This document shows, piece by piece, positions 17,941 to 28,298 of a stretch of DNA of 64,000 bases (the stretch's first letter is position 1; each line of letters opens with the position of its first letter). The stretch lies in contig CAXXOU010000004.1 in the NCBI GenBank assembly GCA_963677495.2, positions 576,001-640,000 on the forward strand, written 5' to 3'. The stretch comes from Candidatus Cloacimonadales bacterium (lineage in GTDB: Bacteria; Cloacimonadota; Cloacimonadia; Cloacimonadales; JAFGVF01). Made by a program: the position numbers and the translations under genes. The notes below the pieces were generated by a model. That model was given only the letters and a program-made list of their open reading frames with translations, searched no databases and was not told where the DNA came from.

Positions 17941-18809
17941 TAAAAGCTTTGTTTACTTCTGATTTACATGGAAACGAGTTTAAGTACGAGTTCTTGTTTG
18001 AAAACATAGTAAAGCACGTACCGGAAGCTGTGTTTATCGGTGGGGATATTCTGATACCATTTAGCAAGATTAAAGACCAGATATCAGGTAAATCTGATAG
18101 TTTTCTGAACGATTACCTGAGAGTTGAGTTGCTTAAGTTAAAAGAACGATTAAGGAATAAATATCCTGAAATATATGTGATAATGGGTAATGATGATAAT
18201 AAATTTTCTGAAGAGATACTTGATAGCAAGATGTTCGAAGGACTATTGCATTATTGTCATTTCAAGAAGCTTAAGTTTAAAAATTGGGAAGTAGTAGGAT
18301 ATAACTTTGTACCACCAACTCCGTTCATGAATAAGGATTGGGAGAAATTCGATGTATCAAGATTTGTGGATGTTGGATGTTTAGCTCCTTTTGATGGTTA
18401 TCATGACCCTTCAATACCGGAGTATGACCTTAAGTTCTCAACAATCAAAGAAGACTTTGAAACTCTGTTTGATGAAGTAGATACATCCAAATTAATTCTA
18501 TTAGCTCATACTCCACCATATAAATCTAAACTTGATAGGGCTGACCTGGATGGTGTGATGGTTGATCATGTTCCACTTGATGTTTACATAGGATCTATAG
18601 CTCTTCAACGTTTACTTGAAAAACAGAAGTTCTACTTAACGCTTCATGGTCACGTTCACGAATCGACGAGATTAACAGGTGATTATCAGGACACGATTGG
18701 TGAGAACCTATCTATGAATGGTGCATCAGAGCACAATGAAGCAAGTATCATTCTTTTCGATTTGGAGAATCCTACTGAATCTACGAGATTAACTAAGCTT
18801 AAGCCTTAA
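17937..18809 (+). CDS. Calcineurin-like metallophosphoesterase (Icc-related)
   Basis: SDLHG, GGD, MGNDD, AHTPP and HGHVHE motifs. ATGA overlap with the upstream gene. Confidence 0.88.
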   Translation: MIKALFTSDLHGNEFKYEFLFENIVKHVPEAVFIGGDILIPFSKIKDQISGKSDSFLNDYLRVELLKLKERLRNKYPEIYVIMGNDDNKFSEEILDSKMFEGLLHYCHFKKLKFKNWEVVGYNFVPPTPFMNKDWEKFDVSRFVDVGCLAPFDGYHDPSIPEYDLKFSTIKEDFETLFDEVDTSKLILLAHTPPYKSKLDRADLDGVMVDHVPLDVYIGSIALQRLLEKQKFYLTLHGHVHESTRLTGDYQDTIGENLSMNGASEHNEASIILFDLENPTESTRLTKLKP

Positions 18810-19287
18810 TCTTTTGTCCCCAAATCTCCTGTATTTTATGGGCTATTGGGAGCTTTACATGAAATGGTAGCTTTATATGGTTTGGTCGCATAGTAAGAAA
18901 CAGCCATTTGTGCTCAATTATGTTAAATGCTGCTGTAATATCCCATAGAGGTGGGACAACAACGACGACGTTTTCACCAACTCTTTGAAGTTCATTATAA
19001 GAAGCTACCGGGTCGTCCACGTGCTCTATTGTATGAGAACATAGAACATGCTTAAACTGCTTGTCTTTGAATGGAAGATTTGTAATATCATCCACATGAA
19101 CGTAGTTCGGAAGTTCAATATGCTGAACGATATCAGCGTTGATCCCTCCGCCATCTGTTTTCCCGCAACATATATTCAAATCCCACCTTCTACTTTTAAG
19201 AACCTTGTTTTTTAAAATTCGGTAACTAATAATGTTTGTAATATAAAACATAGCGATTACAGACAGGACAATAATTAGGATTAGCAT
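18799..19287 (-). CDS. Membrane-anchored class I SAM-dependent methyltransferase-like protein
   Basis: N-terminal hydrophobic helix, LNICCG, D..NLPFKDKQF..V.CSHTIEHV. Confidence 0.75.
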   Translation of the reverse strand: MLILIIVLSVIAMFYITNIISYRILKNKVLKSRRWDLNICCGKTDGGGINADIVQHIELPNYVHVDDITNLPFKDKQFKHVLCSHTIEHVDDPVASYNELQRVGENVVVVVPPLWDITAAFNIIEHKWLFLTMRPNHIKLPFHVKLPIAHKIQEIWGQKIKA

Positions 19288-19715
19288 AGATTAGCTCCTT
19301 TCAAAGTTTTAGTGAACAAAATGTATTTTCTGGAGAAGAATGAGAAAAGAAAGACAATAGCATTACTGATGAACTTACTTAGTAGATAATGCAAACTTAA
19401 CACTGATGTAAAGTACCACATCGATATAAGGTTCATTATTAGGGAAACCACTCCAATCAATAGATAGATAAGCAGTTCAAATCTAACATGATGTTTTCCT
19501 TTAGGGAAAATGTAACATTTAGAGATTATATAGTTTGTTAGTTGACCTGTAATAAAGGCAGGAGTCGCTGCAACAAGATAGTGAAGATTACACAGTTCAT
19601 GGAGAAGATATAGAACAAGATAGTCTGCAAGAATTGCTCCACTACCAAGAGTTATGTATCTCCACAACTGCAAGCCTGTATGATGTGTTTTGTTTATAAA
19701 TATCTTCTTTATCAA
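19281..19715 (-). CDS. GtrA family membrane protein
   Basis: Four TM segments, Q..RY...G....D pattern, NY..SK..IF, SK motif. Confidence 0.8.
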   Translation of the reverse strand: MIKKIFINKTHHTGLQLWRYITLGSGAILADYLVLYLLHELCNLHYLVAATPAFITGQLTNYIISKCYIFPKGKHHVRFELLIYLLIGVVSLIMNLISMWYFTSVLSLHYLLSKFISNAIVFLFSFFSRKYILFTKTLKGANLC

Positions 19716-19901
19716 ATCCTTACCTTAAATCCATTATCTCTAATAAATACAGATTAAATGTTTATTTATGATAATGCTTGAGTTAATATAATGTTTTCTA
19801 CTCAAACTCAATTAACTCCTCCCAAATGCTGAATGCAGGATGCTGAATTATATAATTCTTGACTTGGATAGATTAAATATTGTCTTAGATATGGAGGTTA
19901 T

Positions 19902-20291
19902 ATGGAAGATTTATTAGTTATTTTACAAGGGATGGCTATTGGTTCAATATTCCCGGCAGCAATTGGGATTGCAGTTTATTATAGAAAGATTCCAATTGAT
20001 AAGTATCATAGATGGTCTGTAAAAGATATAGGAGAAGATAAAGAAATTGTTTTGAAGAATCTGAATAAACTGAAACTTAAGAGAAGGATAAACAATATAA
20101 CTGATTATGGAAAGGTAATTAGCTTCAAGGATAGAGTAACCGGTTTTAGTTGGGGGAATATGTACGTAATTGAGTTTAAAGAAAACGGGCAGCACAAGCT
20201 ATATTATAATCGAATTCTTCCAACGGTAATGTTGTATGCAAGTCGTGCGACAAGAATAGCTAATCAATTGAAATCAAAGTTATCTATGTGA
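19902..20291 (+). CDS. Hypothetical protein with an N-terminal membrane anchor
   Basis: GGAGG RBS, upstream TTGACT, 129 aa, basic. Confidence 0.6.
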   Translation: MEDLLVILQGMAIGSIFPAAIGIAVYYRKIPIDKYHRWSVKDIGEDKEIVLKNLNKLKLKRRINNITDYGKVISFKDRVTGFSWGNMYVIEFKENGQHKLYYNRILPTVMLYASRATRIANQLKSKLSM

Positions 20292-22445
20292 GAACTCGAA
20301 GATATCGTGATTGAATCCAAAGTTTATAAAGTATTCCGGTTCAGTCTCTTCATTTGAACCTATCCCAACTTTTATAGGTCCCATAATAGTGTCATACCCG
20401 ATTGTTAGAGAAGCTCCATTGACGAAATCACTCCAAGGATCCCAATCATCACTATCAGAGTAGGTTATAACACCAGCGTAGCCCATTAAGTATAGCTTTT
20501 TAAATACATTCCAGTTTAAACCAAACCCGATTGTCTTAAATATTGGGGCAGAAATCTGTTTTGCACGATACCCTGGGAAACTATCAACTCCACCAATATA
20601 AAACTCTTGATATTGGGTTGTTTCTTCGTATCTTTGATATGATCCGTACTCACTGCTGACGCTTAGCGAGAGCCTATCCACAAGTTTATCGCAGAATTTA
20701 ATTTTGCCATGAATCTTTTGTGTTTTAACATCACTTAAATAATCAGGATGAGCGTAGTTATATTTGAGCATGAACAGAGAGCCTGACATAGGGAAACTAA
20801 TATTATCAATAGACTCTTGGTGCACCTTTAGACCAACACCAAAAGATTTGGTCTCCTCATCTAATGAAGTTATATCATTACCTTGAATAATATCAAAATT
20901 GTTATAAAAGAAAAATCCTTCAAGGTTGAAGAGTTGTTCAAAATAGATACCTATTCCGGTAGTAGCACCAAACTCCTGTACTAAGAAACTATCTGTTCTC
21001 CAAAAGTTGCTATCATAGGTGTATAATTTAGATTCCTTATAATATGGGAAAACTCTGAAGTATAGGCCACTGTACCTACCATAGTTCTTAACAAAATCAG
21101 CTTGAACTTCATTTCTACCACCAAGTTCAACTTCCAACAGTAGCTGCGAGTTTTTAACTAGATAGTTAGTGAAATCAAAAACTACACCGGCACTTAAGTC
21201 ATCATAATTGTTATAAGATAGATTCAATGAGAGATGTTTTTGTGGCTTCTCTTTGAGTATAACATAGAGGTATGGTTTTGCGCGATCTTGGATTAATCTT
21301 GGATAGATGTATTCGAACAATCCGGTACTGTAAGCTTTGTTGAAAGCATTAATTATATCTTGTACAGAGTACTTAACATTTTTCTCAAGCTGTAAGAATT
21401 CACGAATCTGTAGAGATGTAAAACCTTTGTTACCTCTTACCTTTATCTTTTGGAAGCTGATTTCATTATATGTTGATAAAGTCGGACGAAACTTTGTAGG
21501 TTGAATCGCCTTTGTTTGAGCGAGTTTAGTTAGTATTTTGATATGCTTTCTAGCTTCCACTTCACCTATGTTGATAATCTCTTTCATCTTCTTGAACTGG
21601 AGATTATTAATACCGGTAAGACCCGGTTCTATAAGTAAGTTACAGCATTCAATAGATTTCTTAACATTTTCAGTAATTGTAATGTTCATTGCCTGGTCGA
21701 AGTTCTGAACAAAATTATTCTTTTCAGGATTCTGTTTAAGGTTACTGTTAACTTTAGAACCGATAACGAAATCAGCACCCATTTCTATAACTGTCTCACA
21801 TGGTAGGTTTTGGACTAAGCCACCATCAACATATAGATTGTTTTTGTAATCAAATGGTTCTAACAAACTTGGAGTGTTCATTGAAGCTCTGCAAACTTCG
21901 TGCAGGCTACCGGAATCAAACTTAACTATCTCTCCTGTTTTGAAGTTAGTTGCAACAGCATTAAAAGGGATTGGTAATGATGAAAATGTATTCATCTCGA
22001 AGTCCGGAGAAAAGAGCTCAAAGAGATGCATTTGTAACTGCTGACCATATTGCAATCCGGATGGTATTTCAGGTAAGAAATGCTTTGATAGAGGGACTTT
22101 AACATTACCATAAGGTTGCCAATGCTTTTGCATAATATGCTTGTCTGAACGATCTGCTGTATCATTAAATAGTAGATTTAGGCTACCGTCTAAGGCAAAC
22201 TTCTCAATCTCAATTGCAGAATATCCTTTGGCATATAGAGCCCCAATTAGTGAACCTATAGATGTACCGGATATATAGTCGGGTTTTAACCCTACTTCAT
22301 CAAGTACTTTAAGCACGCCTATATGTGCATATCCTCTAGCTCCACCGCCACTTAATGCCAATCCAATCTTCTGCTCACCTAGAAGAGGGGAGAATAAGAG
22401 TAGGAATAGTAAAAAGAGGGGTGAAGTTTTAAGCTTCACCCTCAT
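20280..22445 (-). CDS. Patatin-like phospholipase with POTRA and beta-barrel (PlpD/type Vd-like)
   Basis: LSGGGARG, GTSIG, VDGG, then POTRA-like IKVRGN and an aromatic-rich barrel C-terminus. Confidence 0.85.
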   Translation of the reverse strand: MRVKLKTSPLFLLFLLLFSPLLGEQKIGLALSGGGARGYAHIGVLKVLDEVGLKPDYISGTSIGSLIGALYAKGYSAIEIEKFALDGSLNLLFNDTADRSDKHIMQKHWQPYGNVKVPLSKHFLPEIPSGLQYGQQLQMHLFELFSPDFEMNTFSSLPIPFNAVATNFKTGEIVKFDSGSLHEVCRASMNTPSLLEPFDYKNNLYVDGGLVQNLPCETVIEMGADFVIGSKVNSNLKQNPEKNNFVQNFDQAMNITITENVKKSIECCNLLIEPGLTGINNLQFKKMKEIINIGEVEARKHIKILTKLAQTKAIQPTKFRPTLSTYNEISFQKIKVRGNKGFTSLQIREFLQLEKNVKYSVQDIINAFNKAYSTGLFEYIYPRLIQDRAKPYLYVILKEKPQKHLSLNLSYNNYDDLSAGVVFDFTNYLVKNSQLLLEVELGGRNEVQADFVKNYGRYSGLYFRVFPYYKESKLYTYDSNFWRTDSFLVQEFGATTGIGIYFEQLFNLEGFFFYNNFDIIQGNDITSLDEETKSFGVGLKVHQESIDNISFPMSGSLFMLKYNYAHPDYLSDVKTQKIHGKIKFCDKLVDRLSLSVSSEYGSYQRYEETTQYQEFYIGGVDSFPGYRAKQISAPIFKTIGFGLNWNVFKKLYLMGYAGVITYSDSDDWDPWSDFVNGASLTIGYDTIMGPIKVGIGSNEETEPEYFINFGFNHDIFEFSHR

Positions 22446-22454
22446 AATTTTATC

Positions 22455-23039
22455 TTAGAAATCGGAAGGATCTTCAACAATCACTTCCGGTTCAACTTCC
22501 TTCTGTTTGTTACTTTTTTTGATTATGTATTCGATATTACCAAAAACACATTCGGATTTAATGATTAATCTATTAGGAGATTTCTTATCTCCTACTTGCT
22601 CGAAACTACGATCACCGAATCCGGATGATTCACCCATTGGTGATTCGGTATTACCAAATACAGTTTCAGCTTTGATCTCTACGTTCATATCTTCAGAGAT
22701 ATATACTTCCGCTGCACCAAAAACAACTTCTACATTCTTCTTAACATTTCCCTCACTGAGGTCAACATTAGTTAAATCTATTGTTGTTGAACCAAAAACA
22801 ACAGAGTAACTGGTTGAACTACTATGGTTATGCTTCGATTCACTAAACACTGTGAAGTTGGATTTTTTTGGTGACACTGTTGAATATATAATCTGAACAC
22901 CAATGGAAAGAATAACTAAACCTGTAGCGATTCTAAAAACAGGAAGATGTTTTCCTGCCATAGTGTTATAAATATATCCTAATCCGATTATTACGAGGAT
23001 TATTCCCCAATAAGCTCCTGAAAAAAGAAAATGTCGCAT
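22455..23039 (-). CDS. LiaF/DUF2154-like membrane protein
   Basis: Two N-terminal TM helices and repeated VFG beta-motifs (VVFGSTTIDL, VVFG, TVFG, CVFG). Confidence 0.7.
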   Translation of the reverse strand: MRHFLFSGAYWGIILVIIGLGYIYNTMAGKHLPVFRIATGLVILSIGVQIIYSTVSPKKSNFTVFSESKHNHSSSTSYSVVFGSTTIDLTNVDLSEGNVKKNVEVVFGAAEVYISEDMNVEIKAETVFGNTESPMGESSGFGDRSFEQVGDKKSPNRLIIKSECVFGNIEYIIKKSNKQKEVEPEVIVEDPSDF

Positions 23040-23048
23040 AATGACTCC

Positions 23049-23219
23049 TTATCTGTCAAAGATTAGCTTTGCCCCGAAGGCAATGATAATTACACCTAAA
23101 AGAGGTTTGAATATAGGGAAATCGATTCCCCAAACAGCTTTTAAGATCATTGAAGCTCCCCAAAGGATAAATGCTAATCCTAAGAACAAGCTAAACATGC
23201 TGAATTTCTTTTTACTCAT
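23049..23219 (-). CDS. Small two-TM membrane protein
   Basis: AAGGAGG RBS before ATG 23219 (MSKKKFSMF...). Similar to the TM part of the downstream gene. Confidence 0.65.
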   Translation of the reverse strand: MSKKKFSMFSLFLGLAFILWGASMILKAVWGIDFPIFKPLLGVIIIAFGAKLIFDR

Positions 23220-23230
23220 ACATCCCTCCT

Positions 23231-25438
23231 TTAATCGAAGGCAGTATCCCACTTCTCTCTTAACTCGGAAGTACTACAATCAATTAAGTTGTTAATTTTA
23301 AACCTGTCTTTCACAACAGTTCCCAATCTAGTCACTGGGAAGTTATAACTCTCGATTATTGAATTCACTTTATCAATGTTCTCAGGTGCAATAGTTACAA
23401 TAATATTTGAGTGAGATTCACCAAATAGGGCAATATCAGCTCTATTGTTGAAATTAATCTCAACATCTACACCTAAGTTCTTATCCATCTGAAGGAAAGA
23501 ACACTCAGCTAATGCGACAGCTAAGCCACCATCAGAACAATCGTGGGCTGATTTTAAAAGTCTTTCATCTACTAGGTCAAGCATTACTTTATAAAGCTTA
23601 GATTCTCTCTCCAAGTCCACTTTAGGTGGCATGCCCTTAATCATGTTATGAATATCTTTCAAGTACTCAGAACCGCCAACTTCAGAACATTCATCACCAA
23701 GCATCAGGACAAGATCACCTTCAGCTTTGAAGTATTGTGTAATCGCTTTTGATCTATCTTCAAGTACTCCAAGCATACCAATAGTAGGAGTAGGGTAGAT
23801 AGCAGTTTCAGGATTCTCATTATAGAATGAAACGTTACCACCTGTTACAGGAGTGCCGAAAGCAAGACATGCATCTTTCATACCACGGATTGCTTCTGAG
23901 AATGTCCAATATACTTCAGGTTTGTAAGGGTTTCCAAAGTTAAGACAGTTAGTGATAGCAACAGGTCTTGCACCAGAACATACAACGTTACGTGCTGATT
24001 CAGCAACAGCACCCTTTGTGCCTTCAAACGGATCAAGGTAACAGTGACGACCATTACAGTCTGTTGCCATCGCAATCGCTTTATTACTATCTTTGATTCT
24101 GATAACTGCTGCATCAGAACCGGGTTCTACCATTGTGTTAATTTGAACCATATGATCATACTGCTGATAAACACTCTTCTTACTTGCAATGTTTTTAGTA
24201 CCAAGAAGCTTCTTAAGCACATCTTTATAATCTTTTGGTTCAGGAAGAGAATCCTGGTCAAAGTCTCTTGTTTCTTTAAGATATTCAGGTTCTTTTGTTT
24301 CTCTATTATATCTTGGAGCATCACCACCAAGTACAAGCATACGTGCAGGTAACTCAGCTTTTAACTCACCATTATCGAGGACTCTTAATTTGCCGTTATC
24401 AGTAACTTTACCGATAATCTCAGCATGGAGATCCCACTTCTCGAAGATAGCTTCAACTTTCTCGAAGTTATGTGGTTCAACGATAATAAGCATACGTTCC
24501 TGTGACTCTGAAAGCATAATCTCATAAGCTGTCATTCCGGTTTCACGGGCAGGAACTCTACGAACATCAAGTTCAATACCAACACCTGTTTTACCTGCCA
24601 TCTCTGAGCTTGAACATGTTAGACCTGCAGCACCCATATCTTGGATACCAACAACTAAACCTGACTGAATCACTTCAAGTGTTGCTTCAAGGAGAAGCTT
24701 CTCCATGAATGGGTCACCAACCTGAACAGCTGTACGCTTTGATTCAGACTCATCAGTAAGCTCAACAGAAGCAAAAGTAGCTCCATGTATACCGTCACGA
24801 CCAGTCTTTGCACCAACGTATACTACATGGTTTCCTACACCTTTAGCTGCTGACTTTGCAAGGTCTTCATGTTTGAGAATACCAACAGCCATAGCATTTA
24901 CTAATGGGTTGCCTTCATAACTGTCTTCGAAATAGATTTCACCACCGACTGTTGGAACTCCGAAGCAGTTTCCATAATCAGCGATACCATCAACAACTCC
25001 ATTCATAAGGTGCTTAACTTGTGGGTTGTCCGGATTCCCAAAACGAAGTGAATTAAGAGTAGCAACAGGACGTGCACCCATTGTAAAGATATCTCTAAGA
25101 ATTCCACCAACACCGGTTGCGGCACCGTGATAAGGTTCTACAGCTGATGGGTGGTTATGGCTCTCAATCTTAAAAGAAACTGCAAGTCCATCTCCAATAT
25201 CAACAACACCGGCATTCTCTTCACCGGCTTTTGCTAACATAAACTCACCATCTTTTGGGAGAGTCTTTAGTAAGTTTACTGAATTCTTATATGAAGCATG
25301 TTCAGACCACATAACAGAAATAATACCAAGCTCCGTAAAAGTTGGCTCACGTTTTAAAGTATCAAGTACAAACTGGTATTCCCAATCATTTATACCGTGT
25401 TCTTCGATTATTTCCTTTGTGATTTTAGGTTCAATCAT
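23231..25438 (-). CDS. purL: Phosphoribosylformylglycinamidine synthase subunit PurL
   Basis: [57 protein letters not shown]. Confidence 0.97.
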   Translation of the reverse strand: MIEPKITKEIIEEHGINDWEYQFVLDTLKREPTFTELGIISVMWSEHASYKNSVNLLKTLPKDGEFMLAKAGEENAGVVDIGDGLAVSFKIESHNHPSAVEPYHGAATGVGGILRDIFTMGARPVATLNSLRFGNPDNPQVKHLMNGVVDGIADYGNCFGVPTVGGEIYFEDSYEGNPLVNAMAVGILKHEDLAKSAAKGVGNHVVYVGAKTGRDGIHGATFASVELTDESESKRTAVQVGDPFMEKLLLEATLEVIQSGLVVGIQDMGAAGLTCSSSEMAGKTGVGIELDVRRVPARETGMTAYEIMLSESQERMLIIVEPHNFEKVEAIFEKWDLHAEIIGKVTDNGKLRVLDNGELKAELPARMLVLGGDAPRYNRETKEPEYLKETRDFDQDSLPEPKDYKDVLKKLLGTKNIASKKSVYQQYDHMVQINTMVEPGSDAAVIRIKDSNKAIAMATDCNGRHCYLDPFEGTKGAVAESARNVVCSGARPVAITNCLNFGNPYKPEVYWTFSEAIRGMKDACLAFGTPVTGGNVSFYNENPETAIYPTPTIGMLGVLEDRSKAITQYFKAEGDLVLMLGDECSEVGGSEYLKDIHNMIKGMPPKVDLERESKLYKVMLDLVDERLLKSAHDCSDGGLAVALAECSFLQMDKNLGVDVEINFNNRADIALFGESHSNIIVTIAPENIDKVNSIIESYNFPVTRLGTVVKDRFKINNLIDCSTSELREKWDTAFD

Positions 25439-25439
25439 T

Positions 25440-26519
25440 TCAATTACCTTCTTTTATTATTTTATTATATATTGCATCAACTCGTTCGGAGATTTCAGAA
25501 TAAGCTCTCTGATAATCTTCCAATTCTTTGCCATATGGATCATCAATATCACCTTCCATATCGGCATATTCACTTAATGTGAATATTTTAAAAGCTTGAT
25601 TAGGGTATCTAGCTAGAAGTTCCTCTTTATGTTTCTGTTCCATTGTAAGAACTAACCAGCTTTCGGATAGCAACTTATCAGTTACAGGTTGTGATCCATG
25701 CTGGGATGCATCAATACCGGCTTCCTTTAGCAGTTGCCCGGAGAATAGAGATATTCCACTCTTAAAATCTTTTAATGTACCTGCAGATGCAACACTGAAA
25801 GGCAGGTTATTCTCCTGTACTTTCTTGCGCATCAAGTATTCTCCAATTGGGCTTCTGCAAACATTACCTGTGCATACGAAAAGAACTAAAGACTTAGCAA
25901 ATGAGTTTCTAATCTCATAGTATGGTAATGACCCCTCCCGGAGACATTTGAGATTGTTACCATCAATCTCAATAATAGTGGAAGGTCTAGCTTCCTTTTT
26001 AGTTGTTGCCCTATCCGGCAGGATGGCAAAATCAAACCAATCAGCAGCTTTTTGCTTAATCTCAGGTAATGTAGAAAGGTAGGGAAGACCTGAGATATTT
26101 ATACTTGTACTAACGATAGGTGATTCAATCTCTTCAATAAAGTCACGTAGTCCGGGATTCCCCGGAACTCTAAAAGCAATCTTTCCGTTCATGGCTAAAT
26201 GTTCCAGCTGGGGTAATACATTAGGGAATAACATAGTCAGATTACCTGGCCAGTACTGTGTCAGAAGTCTCTTAACAGAAGGGTAAACTTTGAAACCGTT
26301 CTCAGTTAGCCAATCAAGATTTGGAATAAGTACAATATATCCCTTCCCATTATCGCGCATTTTCAAAGTAGAAATTCTCGCAATTGCTTCATGGGAATCC
26401 ACAGAACAACCAATACCAAACATATCACCGGTATGATGAAGGAATACGCTGTCATCTTTCCAATATTTTCTATGTATCTTCTCTACGTCAGCAGGTTTCA
26501 TTATTCTGTATGTTTTCAA
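25440..26519 (-). CDS. Fusion of a Sua5/YrdC(TsaC)-like domain and a low-molecular-weight protein Tyr/Arg phosphatase
   Basis: K.R, WPG.LT, A.RVP and STSINISG (Sua5-like); [11 protein letters not shown]...DIDDPYG (LMW-PTP). Confidence 0.85.
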   Translation of the reverse strand: MKTYRIMKPADVEKIHRKYWKDDSVFLHHTGDMFGIGCSVDSHEAIARISTLKMRDNGKGYIVLIPNLDWLTENGFKVYPSVKRLLTQYWPGNLTMLFPNVLPQLEHLAMNGKIAFRVPGNPGLRDFIEEIESPIVSTSINISGLPYLSTLPEIKQKAADWFDFAILPDRATTKKEARPSTIIEIDGNNLKCLREGSLPYYEIRNSFAKSLVLFVCTGNVCRSPIGEYLMRKKVQENNLPFSVASAGTLKDFKSGISLFSGQLLKEAGIDASQHGSQPVTDKLLSESWLVLTMEQKHKEELLARYPNQAFKIFTLSEYADMEGDIDDPYGKELEDYQRAYSEISERVDAIYNKIIKEGN

Positions 26520-27637
26520 AAACTAACTCCTTTTCTATCTAAAAACTTAAACGGATCGACAGGTTTTCCATCTTTTCTAATCTCAAAGTGTAAACAAGCC
26601 TCCCCTGAACGTGGCTTTTCTCCACTGAGTGCAACAATATCCCCCTCTTTGAGCTCTTCACCTTTTTGGGTTAACAATGAGCTGTTATAGGAATATACTG
26701 TCATATAGCCGTTCTTATGGTCAACAACCACAACATTGCCTAATCGCATGTAGTCTTCAGCAAAAACAACAACACCTCCTGCTACAGCTTTTACTTCCGA
26801 TCCAACTTCAGCTTGTATCTCAATTCCATTATTCAAAGTTGTTGTACCATGCAAGGGATTTTTTTGTAAACCATATTCTGCAATTATTTTCCCTTTTAAT
26901 GGCCAGCTTAAATGTTCTTTATCAAACTTATAGCTTCTATTGGCTTTCGAAGCTTCTTTCTCAAGTTTTGTGATCAAATCTTGCAGCTGTGATAATGACT
27001 CTTCCAGCTCTTTTATCTTTATCTCTTCAGTACGTTTTTTTTGCTCGAGAGTCTTTACTTCGGAGACAAGATTTTTTACACGTTTACTTACTTTTAGCTC
27101 ATCTCTTTTTGCTTTCTTCATAGCTCCAAAAACCTGGTTGTAAACATCCTCTTTTGCAGCTTTTGTCTTTTGCAGTGAACTTTTCCTGTTTTGGGTCTCG
27201 TCTATTAAGTTGCTTGTTATACCAGTGGCAGTTGCAAGTAGGAATGCATCGACCATTGATTCTGGTTCAACATCACTCATTACATCTTCTATGTAGAGAT
27301 AATGAAATTCACTATTCAAGAGGTCTGTATTTCTATTAATTCGACGTTTTGCATTAAGTAATCTTACATGAGCAACCCAAAGTGAATCTTTATTAACACG
27401 CTCTTGCTTGGAGAGCTCCTTTACATGTTGTTCTGTTTCTTGCTTCAGCTTTATTGAGGTGTTTAAAGAACTTTCCTTTTCCTTTCTTAAGATCTCTGTC
27501 TCAATAAGTTTCTGCTTAGATTCGTTTAATTCTGTTTCCAGCTTCTTAAGCTCTTCTTTTTTCTCAGTTATCTTTTGTTGAGTAAAAACTGTTGAGAAGG
27601 TTAGGAACAGTGCTAATACAGCAACTAATTTACGCAT
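26516..27637 (-). CDS. EnvC-like coiled-coil M23 domain murein hydrolase activator
   Basis: Signal peptide, long coiled coil, WPLKG, NNGIEI (degenerate Zn site), LHFEIR. Confidence 0.85.
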   Translation of the reverse strand: MRKLVAVLALFLTFSTVFTQQKITEKKEELKKLETELNESKQKLIETEILRKEKESSLNTSIKLKQETEQHVKELSKQERVNKDSLWVAHVRLLNAKRRINRNTDLLNSEFHYLYIEDVMSDVEPESMVDAFLLATATGITSNLIDETQNRKSSLQKTKAAKEDVYNQVFGAMKKAKRDELKVSKRVKNLVSEVKTLEQKKRTEEIKIKELEESLSQLQDLITKLEKEASKANRSYKFDKEHLSWPLKGKIIAEYGLQKNPLHGTTTLNNGIEIQAEVGSEVKAVAGGVVVFAEDYMRLGNVVVVDHKNGYMTVYSYNSSLLTQKGEELKEGDIVALSGEKPRSGEACLHFEIRKDGKPVDPFKFLDRKGVSF

Positions 27638-28184
27638 TCTTCCTATACATGGTCAAATTGACCTGCTCTGTGTTATCTACGAAACTAAATTCGTTCTTCT
27701 TGTAAAAATCAATAATCTCAGTTTTCTCTTCAGGAATGCTAGGAACAAGTATCAATGATCCGGGAGTACTAACTTTTATGAACTCAGAAACCATGTTCAA
27801 TGCTTTAGAACCATAACCTTTTCGCCTGTTTTCTGATTTAAGATAGATAGGGATTCTAAAAGCTTTTCGCTCCTCATCCAATAACCATGAAGCGGAGAAT
27901 CCTATAATCTTATCATCTTTCTTTATCAGGAAAACATGACCTTTGTGACTCCAATGGATAATCATGGATTGGATAATCATACCTCTGAATAGCTTATGCC
28001 CAAGTTTCTCTCTCGGAGTAAGGTTCTGCATTCTATCTTCCGGGAAGATAAATGGTAGTAATCCACCTTTCTTTATCCACTTCTTAACTAATTTCAGCTT
28101 ATCCGATTCAAGTGGGGCGAGTACGAAATCATTATCTTGTAGTGTTATCTCATGTTTCTTCAATACTTTAATTGTTTTTGCCAT
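27630..28184 (-). CDS. GNAT family N-acetyltransferase
   Basis: ENRRKGYGSKAL acetyl-CoA motif and FYKKNEF. Confidence 0.7.
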   Translation of the reverse strand: MAKTIKVLKKHEITLQDNDFVLAPLESDKLKLVKKWIKKGGLLPFIFPEDRMQNLTPREKLGHKLFRGMIIQSMIIHWSHKGHVFLIKKDDKIIGFSASWLLDEERKAFRIPIYLKSENRRKGYGSKALNMVSEFIKVSTPGSLILVPSIPEEKTEIIDFYKKNEFSFVDNTEQVNLTMYRKNA

Positions 28185-28298
28185 AATCTTTGTATTTCTC
28201 TTATTTTGATGCTATCTGTATCTGTTCTAAATATCTTATATCTTCATATTCGTAAAGTTTTTTTTGACAGATACCTTTATTGGAGAGAGTATGCATTT

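Noticed and set aside
26516..27637. M23 domain with missing Zn ligands as a pseudo-enzyme novelty
   Set aside because: Degenerate active sites are the normal state of EnvC-type activators.
28152..28298. N-terminal extension of DinB in the ORF track
   Set aside because: It overlaps the divergent GNAT gene start and the putative promoter, and DinB homology begins after ATG 28299.
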